Source of the DNA: Azolla caroliniana
Taxonomy: Eukaryota; Plantae; Polypodiophyta
DNA: 64,000 bases
NCBI GenBank assembly: GCA_043228905.1
Contig: JBHGNT010000021.1
Coordinates: forward strand, 5,766,001 to 5,830,000
Direction of reading: 5' to 3'
Part shown: in pieces, positions 54,023 through 64,000 of the stretch
Layout of the letters: every line of letters begins with the position of its first letter
Numbering within the stretch: position 1 is the first letter of the stretch
Notes under the pieces: model-generated
The model's database searches: none
Told to the model about the DNA's origin: nothing
Seen by the model: only the letters and a program-made list of their open reading frames with translations
Translations under genes and position numbers: made by a program

Positions 54023-54768
54023 CTAATAAATTGGGAGTGTGGAACATGGGATGCAAAGGAAGGGATGGTGTGACAGTCCTAAGCAAATGCACGTTGAATG
54101 AATGGCATTTAGGGGAGTGGGGTTTCACCAAGGAAGGGAAGGGTATTTGGGGAATTAATGGAAAATGCAGGGGCATTTAGGGAGTTTGAAGAAAAAGGCT
54201 GGGAATTATACAAGAAATGAATGCATGCAGACTGAGACAGTACAGACATGAAAGCTTCCGCGAAGAAGACGAAGAAAGAATGTAGGAGCAGCTGCAGCAA
54301 AAGAAACAAGAAAGCGTGCGATGTAAGTCTTTTACGCTCTGATGGTTTTCTTCTCTCTCTTCTTTAATCTCCTTTTAAAGACCTCTCTATCTTCGTACAG
54401 TAGCTGTTACCGACGGAGAAGAAGACGAAACGGAAGAAGAAAAAGAAGAAACGGAAGAAACGGAAGAAGACGGAGAAATAGAAGAATTAATATTCTAAAC
54501 GAAGTAGGTTTTTTTTTAATTTTTAATTTTATATTTCCTTTCCTTTAATTGGTATAATTTCGTATGCTAAAGTTTTTTCTGAAGCTTCTCATGTTCAAAT
54601 TTTTTTTCTGGAACATTATTTTGGGAGATTGAATCCCGTTCTTTTTTTTCCATGGATTTGTAACCTATTTTTTTCGTGGAAAATTGACACATTTCAGTTC
54701 TTATCTTCCATACTGATAATCCATTCGATCCATGGAGAGCTCCATATTGATTGTTGCACACACACGTG

Positions 54769-54769
<1 letters not shown>

Positions 54770-54799
<30 letters not shown>

Positions 54800-55204
54800 A
54801 GTGAGAGAGAGCTATATTAACATCTTTTAAGAGTCCAAAATGGCCTATAAAACCAAACAAGAGAGCACAACTTACAGCGTTTTCTCATATTTGAGAACAA
54901 CAAATCAAAATAAATACAGGTAAACCTATGGCACTAAAGAATCGATATATCTATTGATTCACTGAAACTTTTGTCATTGAAAAATCTCCAACACGGGCTG
55001 CCCCAAAGATCTCTGAAGCAAGGGAAACACCTTAGGTGCCAGATGATAACGGCCTTTATTTTCGGCGACAAGAATGACAAGACCATGGTCCAAAAGGTTG
55101 TGGCTTACTTGCACAACACATTGCTATTGCTTGATCTATTGTATTCCCTTTTGAATGTCTTGGTCGAGAATCCACTTGTGTAGTCTTTTGATTGACTGGT
55201 AGCA
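54770..55204 (-). mobile_element. RTE/RTEX-like subfamily B 3' end with a (CT)n tail
   Basis: Reverse complement of the family 3' motif (tattaacatcttttaagagtccaaaatggcc) lies next to (GA)n at 54770-54811. Confidence 0.8.
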
Positions 55205-56170
55205 TGAAAAAGAAAGAAAGCTATATTTAAGGTATTTTAACGGACCAAAATGGTCTATAAGACCAAACAAGAGATTACATCTGACAATGTTTTCTTGTCT
55301 TTGAGAACAACAAATGAAAATAAATACATCTAAACATATGGTAGGTACTGAAGAATATATATATCGAAGAACCTCAGATTCGAAACTTTGATAGACCGAA
55401 ACTTTTGTCTTCCGAAAATTTCCAACATGGGCCACTCCAAGATGGAGAGATCTCTGAAACGAGGGAAGCACCTTTGGTGCTGGGTGATAATGGCCTATAT
55501 TTTTTCTGGTAACAAGGTGTTGAAGTTGTGGTCCAGAAGGTTGTGGCCTATGTGCATGGCACATTGCTATTGCATGATCTATTGTAACCCCTTTTGAGTG
55601 TCTTGGTCGAGAATCCACTTTTGTAGTCCTTAATTCACTTGTGGGATGAGGAGTGATTTGACTGAAGAAAGCTATGATTGTCCTCTGTTGGTGGCCTTCT
55701 GGACTTTGCTTGATGTGGTTGTAAGCTGGGCCTCTACACAAAATGTTCCTCGCTTTCAATATCTCCGTCAGATAATTTGCAAAATCTTTTGGCTCTAGGT
55801 ATGCACAGTGCTCATCCTGCTTTGATCTCTAGTTGGTGGGAGGAAACTCTGAGTTGGCTTATTTCTTTGTGAGTACTGTGTGGCATGTAGGCATTCATGT
55901 ACCTCGGTTTTTGTATGAATACATCCTCTGAGAAGTTGATAAAAAGATTTTTGTAGTAGGCCACCATCTCTGGGTGAAGATGTAAAGATGTACAATATTG
56001 AAAGTTTGGGAAACTCTCAATGTCAAGGTCATTGTTGTTGAACCACGTCATCCCCTATGCGTATCATGATGCTTCTGTGTGTTACTATCTTGAATAATGC
56101 TTCTACCATCATGGGGGTGCTGCCAATTCAGCATGGAGGATTTCATGTGGGTGGGTGCTTTACTTGTACC
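55205..56170 (-). mobile_element. RTE/RTEX-like subfamily B truncated copy, head-to-tail with the previous copy
   Basis: Tail aaaagaaagaaag at ~55207, the family 3' motif, and translations QRTIIAFFSQITP...DSRPRHSKGVTID and SQLRVSSHQLEIKAG. Confidence 0.82.
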
Positions 56171-56539
56171 ATGAGAGAGCTCTTGGTCGATCCATGATGA
56201 TGATCATGATGCATGCAGTGAAAGGTTCTTAAATTGGTTCACAAGCATGAAGTGCATAACAAATATGTATGGGAATAGTAGTGGTGAGGACACATAGTAT
56301 CCAAGGTTGGTTGGTGTGGTGAAGTGATGCTGTGATGAAGTTCACCAATTGCATCTAGGTTTTCTTTGGGGAACCAGACTCAGTGAACAATAATCTCCAT
56401 GATCTGTATCAGGTGACTTGTATCCTGTTTCCTGCTGTCTCCATTGCCATCAACACTCCTCTACTCACTCTACGATGACTCGTCAGCACATTGTCTGTGG
56501 AGGTGGACGTCTATGGAAGAAGTCATTGATGTGCAATTG

Positions 56540-57110
56540 CCATTGCATTTTGTGTGGTAACATAAGGATCGATTCCCTTGTTTTTGAAGCTTGAGCAAGC
56601 TTTGGCTAAAATTCTGTGGGCTAGCCTTGCCCATAAGTTTTTGAATGGTGGTGTCATCCACAATATATATGTATATATATATTCTTTCTTTCTTTCTATG
56701 ATGTGCTCATAAGCTGGGCATATGCACACAAAATGGTCCTCACAGTCAACCTCTCCTGTACATCGCTTGCAAAGTTAAAATTTCCTTGTGCTTGACCTTG
56801 CATTCACTTAGCTTGCAAAGTCTTTTGGTTCTAGGTATGTGAAGTACACGTCTTGCTTCAATCTCTACCTGGTGTAAGGAAACTCTGAGTTGGCCCATTG
56901 CTTTGGGAGCACAATGGGCCATGTAGACGTTAATGTACTTCAGTCTCTTTGTGAATCCATCCATTTTGTGTAGACTTCCAATATGGCCGAGTAAAACATG
57001 GATTCATATCCTCTATTTGCAGTTCCAAATATTCTATGAACACATCCAAATATTCTTCAACATCCCATCTTGGAAATCATCTCCAGATGACTTGGTTTCA
57101 GCTAGATGAA
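56540..57110 (-). mobile_element. Further degenerate RTE/RTEX-like C-terminal fragment
   Basis: MGQLRVSLHQVEIEARRVLHIPRTKRLCKL and HFVCICPAYEHI. Confidence 0.7.
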
Positions 57111-57667
57111 AGAAATTTGCTGTTATAATTTTTTTGTAGTTGGCATCCAATTTTCCATGCGCCCTTGGGGAGATGATTCAAGACATTTTTCTTACTTTCA
57201 ACATGTATTTGTAAACTCTTTGAAGAGCTTTATTAAGATTATCTTTGGTTTCATATTTTGGATTTTTTAATTTGTTATTACTGATATCATACTTGTTTAA
57301 TCTTTCACTTGATGTTGAGGTTGCATTGGGCATACATAGAAACCTTTTTTTTTGTCACCTTAATTGTTTTCATGAATACACCTGCAAGGGAAGTCTTTGG
57401 GAAGAAAATACCGCCAGTCTCTAAAAACTGGTTCAGTTTGAAAAGGGAGCTAGATCTGGCACATTGTTTTTACTGATTTGCAAACAGGAAACTAAGTGGG
57501 TTTAGTAATGGGAAATTTCATGATCACTGATCAAGAGTATTCTATTATGTAACAATGCAACGTATTGTATTGGAATTGATTCCTATAACTACTAATTTTG
57601 TTGGGAATTGATGTCTATGAATTTGATTTCCTACTGGCTGCAGCTCATTTTGAACTCAGGAAGGGAG

Positions 57668-60600
57668 ATGGGGCTCATTTCACATCTTCCCAAGGGCCTC
57701 ATCAATCACTTGCACTCTAGTTCAGTTCTATCAAACTTTCCTCAGGCAGTGGAAGAGCTTATTTGCAACAGTTTGGATGCTGGCGCTAAGAAGGTATATC
57801 AATATTTTTCTAGCATATCTCCCCATGAATTAATAATGGTGTGTTTATGTTTAAGGTTTAGGATTTAGGATAGTTTTGATCACCACACTTTTAGCTTCTT
57901 TTTGTGTCATTTGGTACTCTGAAGTGGAATGCAATGGATACCAGACATCATTTTCGTCTCATTGGTCGAGTTTGACCTCCATAGGATGTTAATACAACTT
58001 TCTTTCTTTCTTTCTTTCTTTCTCTTTCTCCCTGTGACAAAATTAGCTAATGCATCTTGTCTGTTTGCAGATATCTATCTATGTGGATGTTGCATCATTC
58101 TACATCAAGGTTGAGGATGATGGTAAATTTGACATGATTTTTTTATGTTGTCATAGATAACTTTACTTCTTTACATTCCAGAAGTGATTTTTCCTGGATG
58201 TAGGTTCTGGAATCACCAGGGAGGATTTAGTGCTGATTGGTGACAGGCATGGTATGAATAAAAACCATCTCATAAAATAGTTTCTATGGAGGTAACTTAA
58301 TTGGGAGGACTGCGTATGTTCAACAGCCACTTCTAAACTACATGATTTGCAAGACCTTGAGAATGGTGTAGCAACTCTAGGTTTCCGTGGAGAAGCATTG
58401 AGTTCACTTTCAGAAGTTGCTATTATTGAACTGATAACCAGGGTTCGAGGAAGCCCAAACACCTACAAAAAAGTAATCAAGGTTGGTGACTTTGAGATGC
58501 ATCTATTTTGATTTAGTATTTTACATGGTGATAACTGATCTTTCATGACTATGAAGGGCTCTAGAATGCTGTCAATGGGAATTTGCAGTGAACAAAGGGC
58601 TCCTGGTACCACAGGTTAGTAAGCATCCAATATTGAAAGGTGACAAGCTCTACATGGTTCCTGGAACTGCGAGAGATGGAAGTTTGAGATAATATCTTTT
58701 AACATCCACAAGAGACCGGTTGCGATCTATGAGACAGGACGAGAATCAAAAGAGAAAAAAAGAAAGATATATTAATGTCTTTTAAGAGGCTAAAAGGGTC
58801 AATAAGACCAAACAAGAGATTACATCTTAAAATGTTGTCTCATCTTTGAGAAGGCAAACCAAAATAAATGTAAATAAATAAAAGAGTAAATAGAAATAGA
58901 ATTAAGATTTGACAAAAGAATGTCGTCATCTATACATGTAAGATTCACAAGTAAAATATATTGTACTTGTTGTATTCGAAAGATCTCTAGCATAGGTCGA
59001 TCTAGAATGGAGAGGTTTCAAAAGCGAGGGAGGCACCTGTGATGGTGGAAGATAATGGCCTTCATTTGTGGATGACAAGGGTGGGGAGATTGCGGTTCAC
59101 GAGGCCGGGCCATACGTGCACGATAAATTGCTATTGCCTGATCTATTGTAACCCTTTTGCAATGTCTTGGTTGGGAGCCCATTTCTGTAACCCTTGATTG
59201 ACTTGTAGCATGAGTAGGAGTAATGGAGCTAAAGAAAGCTGTGATTGTCCTTTGTTGATGAGATCATGTGATTGTATTGTTGTCCTTCGTTGATGAGATC
59301 AAGTTTTAGCGGATAGGGTAGACATATGTCCATATAAGAAAGCTTGATGATGTATCCATTCTCAGTTGTGTGTAAAGTGTCTTATTGTGGTCTACAATCA
59401 GCAGTCCTCTTATGGGTTTGCTACACCTTATATTTCTCATATACTTGTATATGAATAATCTTTATACCTGCATCAAGGTATTAACTTTGACAACCTGACG
59501 AATGTGAATGCATTTGATAACACGTTAATTAGTCACAGAGTCTTAAATACACTTGGAGTCTAGTTGCAAGTGCCAAATATGACCAGAATTGAAACACATA
59601 ATTTGTTTAATCAACTATGTGGATGGTGAAAAAAATAAGTTTTGCATGTGCAGGGAATGGTGAGAAACAATGTTATCAAGAATTAGGCCATTCTGGCCTC
59701 TTAAAAGATATTAATATATTTTTCTTTCAAGGTTTGAAGAGGGCATAGAGGGCACATTCTGTTCATCTGATTTGTCTCATATATCACAAGATGTAGACCA
59801 ATTTTTCTCACTTGATTGTATGTTAAGTCTAGTAAAAATATGTTTATACATGCATTTCATACATGTGCCATTTGCACATTTTGTGCTTTAATTTGTGTTT
59901 GTCCACAAACATCTGTTATTGGTGTCCATATATACAAACTGACTCTGTTAATTTTATGGCATATCCTATCAAAGTTGTTGTGCGCGAACTTTTCTACAAT
60001 TTGCCTGTACGAAGAAAAAATATTGAATCAAGGTTAATATCTAATTTCTGCTTTAGCTTTATGTTTTGGGCTTGGGTCAGTGTTTAAAGATGGATGCCAA
60101 CATTCTTCATTGTCAGTTCTAGAAAGGTATTGCACGGAGTGAAGGACCAGATCACAAGGCTTGTCTTGATACATCCTAGTGTTTCCTTCACAGCTATTGA
60201 TTTGGAAAGGTATCTGTCGTCATTTGGTTTTGTGCATATACATACATCAGTATTATAGGTTGAATCTGCCCTCCGGAATTTATGTCAAAGCTTGAGCTTC
60301 TAGTGTTGCAAGCTTTCAGGCAAGGGAAATTGGTTCAGACAAACTCTTGTTCATCTTCTCTGGATAGTTTCTGTGAGCTCTTTGGAGAAGAATATCGTTC
60401 TCAGCTTGTTAAAATGCATTATAGAAATAAAGATTTGAAACTCAGTGGGTTTATCTCAGTGATGGAGACCAGCAAGCTTTCTATAAAGGTATCATGCAGA
60501 TGTGAGACATTATTCTTGTTTTGGGTGTTTTCTTTCTTCGTATTCTCTGATGTCACCTTTGGTTCTTTAACTTCATTTCAGGCCTTGCAATTTGTGTGTA

Positions 60601-63600
60601 TCCTTCTCAATCATAACAATTCTGTTATTTTCCATTTATCACCTACTTAAGATTGATGGATGCTGTTTAAATATTAACATCATTTAGATATTAATGGCCG
60701 TTTTGTCCATAGAACACCCATTCATAAACTTATCAACTCATTTCTCTCTGGGTCTGTGGAACGTCAAAACCCTAATGAGGCTTGGATTGAACCATCAAAG
60801 CAGGGGTTTCCAACATTTTTGCTGGATTTGAGCTGTCCTCTTTCTTGCTATGATATCACTTTTGAAGCAACAAAAACATCTGTGGAGTTCAAGGTATGAG
60901 TCTGATTCTACAATAAAAAAAGATTTTTCTAATATGATTCCATTTCTCTTTATATCTTCATGATCACATGTCTAGGATTGGGACTATATCATTCACTTTG
61001 TAAAAGAGGCCTTGGAGACTGTTTGGAGTGTGTCAATTGATACTTCAGGAGGTATGAACATTGAATTGATGTCAATTTTTAAACTGTATGTACTCTTTTG
61101 ATGTTACTCAATGTCTGATCTCCGTAGTACATGGTCAGGGATAGAGCTGAAAGAGGAGATATGCGTTTCGACAAAGTCAAGCACTCGTAAAAGAAAGCAT
61201 TGGCAGCACATTGATCCAACATACTATCCGAGTTTCAATGTAGATATGCTTAAGAGTGAGGAAAATCTGAAATACAGACAGAGGAGTGTACGAAGTAACA
61301 AGTTTGATTCTGATAAATGTAGAGATGAACTTATATTCAATGCACCCAAACAGCAAATGGGTCATAGAAAAAGGAAGCAGTATGGTGTAGATGAAAAATA
61401 TGTTCACAATACCATGAATTTGGCCTGGAGCATGCAGCAATGCAGCAATGAAAAACAGTTAAAGCCCCAGAAGAATCTTGAATTATTTGATCATGAGCCT
61501 GTGGATATAATGCATGACCATCACAACTTTACTAGTGGGTTATTGGAAGATGCTCTGAACCAGGAAAATGGGCACGCTGTTCAATGCCAAAACATTGATC
61601 TTGAAAGTATCTGGAGTTTAGGAGAAAGCAACTGCGAGGTTTCAAGTGATCGAAAACGGTCCAAAACCCAGAAGAATCTTGAATTGGTTGACTATCAACC
61701 TTTGGATATAATACATGGTAACCACAATTTTACCAGTGGCTTATTGGAGGATACTTTGCAGTGGGGTAACGGGAACAATATTCAATGCCAAGACATTGAT
61801 TTTGAACGGGGTTGGGGTTTAAACAGTAACTATGGTAAAATCCCGATTGATCTAATTGAAGATGTTGTGATGTCTAATCAGAGGACTAGTGGCATGAAAG
61901 ATGACCTATCTCATCATTACTCACCATTGAAATATTTTGAAATGGTAGCTTCTGATATGAAAAATTCAGTCATGCATTTGGATGCAGATGATTCTCATTC
62001 TAGGATAGGAGAGGTGCCATTAGATAGCCATTCAGAAATCCCTCTTAATCCAGGAGAAGAGAGTAGGGAAGAAGCTAATCTTGATAGAGATGGTAAGATT
62101 CTGGAATTTGTTGAGATGCCGTCACTGATTAGAAGAGATTTTTCACCTCATCAACCAAGGGTACGCAGACGTTTGTATAATGTAGCTCTTAATCCTAGCT
62201 ATACTGACGATCTTTTTTGCCATATCAAAAGGCAAAGAATCAGTGACTTCAGCATAACATCAATGACAGACGAAGAGTGTTCTCCTCATTTCGAGAGCCC
62301 TCTCTTTGAAACCAATCTGCGAGAAGATAGATTGTGCAGTGATCTTTACGAAATACAAAACAACAAAAATGGAAATCTGTCCTTACAGAGCAGCAATGTA
62401 GCTGATTTCAACCTCGATGAAAACATTCACAACAAAGCCCAGATGTTTTTAGCATCTTCCATGGTTGTACATGATAACCCTCCAGATAAACCATGTTTAA
62501 CATCTAAAGCTGAGGATAATAAGCATAAGAGCTTGAGGAGAACACTTTCTGGGCCACCATTTTTCAAACTGTCAAGGCATGTAGCACTGAATCAGAACAA
62601 ATCAATGGAATTTCAAGGAAATGAGACTCTGATAGGTAGAATTTCTGACGGACAAGGTGTTCTTTTTCTTTTTAATACACTGGATCGAATCGTAAACCCA
62701 AATTTCTGCAGATTCTAAAGGCAATATGTGTAAAGGGTCAACATTGCGCGATGATGAGGATGGACTACCAGAAAAAGGAATGTGCAACCTTGTGGTTAAA
62801 CAAAAGGTCCGCTGCTCATGATTTAAAAATTAGCTGTTTATAATTCTTTTAGCTATCAATAATTTCCTCTTATAGAGAGGGTAATGATGAACATGCTGCT
62901 TAGAGTTTTACAGGGTGATTGCATCCTAAGGTATAATGATCTAAAAGACAATTCAGTAACAGATGCAGACGATGATTTTTCTCATCGGTCAAAATGGAGG
63001 GATTTGGAACATTATAAAAGTAGTTCAGTTGATGTTGATGTGTCTGCAGCACAAATATACAAGGTTCTCACAGTACCGTGATTCTTAAGTTATTTATATT
63101 ATTGGCTATTTCTTTCTCAGACTGTGATCATTATTTGGTTATGCTTGCAGGAATGGAAAAATCCTTGTATGAGAAGTAATGAATTGCATATACTTGATAT
63201 ATCTTCTGTATTTTTGGGGTCTAGTAAAAGGTGTTTATTTCCCAAAAGCATTGCAAAGGAAGAATTGCAGAATGCAAGGGTTTTGCAGCAGATCGGGAAG
63301 AAGTTTATAGCTGCAGTGGCTGATAAGACCCTTGTAGTAATTGATCAGGTTGCCTAGTCGTACTTGAACCATCATGTGTGTGGATGAGGTCATACACAAA
63401 TTATTAAGTTTTTATAAACTGTTTTATATACAGCATGCTGCAGATGAGAGGGTCAGGTTGGAAAGATTACGTGAAGAGGTCAATTAGATTAAATCAATTC
63501 TATTATCTTTCAAAATTACATCAGCTTTTGCCACATAAAATCCATCTACTTTGTGCAGGTCTTAAACAAAAAACAGCATTTGAGCAGTTTACTGGACTAT

Positions 63601-64000
63601 CCAAAAGAGCTGGTATAAAATTTATCTTCTTTTGTTTCTTGAATGCTAAATGGACTGCATGTGCTTTACTTAAGGAGAATGCAATTGTGCTTTCTTTGTA
63701 GACCATTTGTGTGGGGGATCAGCAGCTACTTCATATTTACCAATCACATTTAGAATATTGGGGCTGGCGCTTCAAAATTCAATCTCAAAAAAGCAAGTAT
63801 GATACTCCATTATAACCTTTCAAGTTCATGAGACATAATAAGCATGTTTATGCATACACTTGCATATATAATATACTGTACATGCATACTCATAATATGC
63901 TGTACAAGTGCATGCGTAAAAGACACGTGTACACGCATGTATATCAATGTTTTGCAGAATACTTTAGAGATGCCTAATTGAATATTAGAGGAACCCAAGT
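57668..64000 (+). CDS. MLH3: DNA mismatch repair / meiotic crossover protein MLH3, 3' end outside the window
   Basis: Exons 57668-57793, 58071-58122, 58204-58251, 58327-58481, 58557-58614, 59975-60032, 60117-60209, 60320-60488, 60582-60597, 60688-60893, 60976-61051, 61139-62656 and 62712-62806, then approximately 62914-63063, 63151-63348, 63434-63478, 63559-63612 and 63702 onward. GHKL ATPase motifs VEELICNSLDAGA, VEDDGSG, ATSKL, LGFRGEALSS and GTTVVVRELFYNLPVRRK. Endonuclease motif DQHAADERVRLE (DQHA-X2-E-X4-E). Confidence 0.95.
58745..59380 (-). mobile_element. RTE/RTEX-like subfamily B 3' fragment in MLH3 intron 5
   Basis: Reverse complement of the 14400-14920 sequence, including attaatgtcttttaagaggc and a GA-rich tail. 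Confidence 0.85.
60598..60687 (+). other. U12-type (minor spliceosome) GT-AG intron in MLH3
   Basis: The donor GTATCCTT matches the U12 consensus RTATCCTT. A branch-like ATATTAAC lies about 10 nt before the AG, and there is no strong polypyrimidine tract. Removing the intron restores ALQFVYINGRFVHRTPIHKL. Confidence 0.8.

Noticed and set aside
55136-55759. 207-aa ORF as a possible host gene
   Set aside because: It is the C-terminus and 3' UTR read-through of the RTE-like LINE copy.
59961-59974. ATATCCT resembling a U12 AT-AC donor
   Set aside because: It sits just before the AAG acceptor of MLH3 intron 5, and the reading frame is fully explained without it.

Overview
This is eukaryotic, intron-rich, AT-rich land-plant nuclear DNA. 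The protein style and repeat content suggest a fern or another non-seed plant, but that is inference. I can support six host genes: an APR-like thioredoxin-domain gene (-, runs off the left edge), a TTC1-like TPR protein (-, with a 9.4 kb intron full of LINEs), phosducin-like protein 3 (+), a divergent GIL1/IRKI-family gene (+), a DUF4050 gene (-) and MLH3 (+, runs off the right edge). The rest is largely mobile DNA: about nine RTE/RTEX-like non-LTR retrotransposon copies, several with CT-rich tails, L1-type LINEs, a near-complete Ty1/Copia element, a Gypsy fragment, MITEs and satellites. The most striking structure is a three-level nest at 35.5-47.9 kb. A non-autonomous hAT-like element of about 0.8 kb (perfect 8-bp TSD) received two separate insertions of the same L1 family about 90 bp apart, and one of those L1s was later split by the Copia element. 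Target-site duplications are readable at every level. MLH3 has a 16-nt micro-exon followed by a U12-type (minor spliceosome) intron, plus an internal 67-aa duplication. I see no prokaryote-type system such as CRISPR, and I cannot claim a new biological system. The best leads are possible L1 targeting of a DNA transposon and an RTEX-like LINE family with microsatellite tails.
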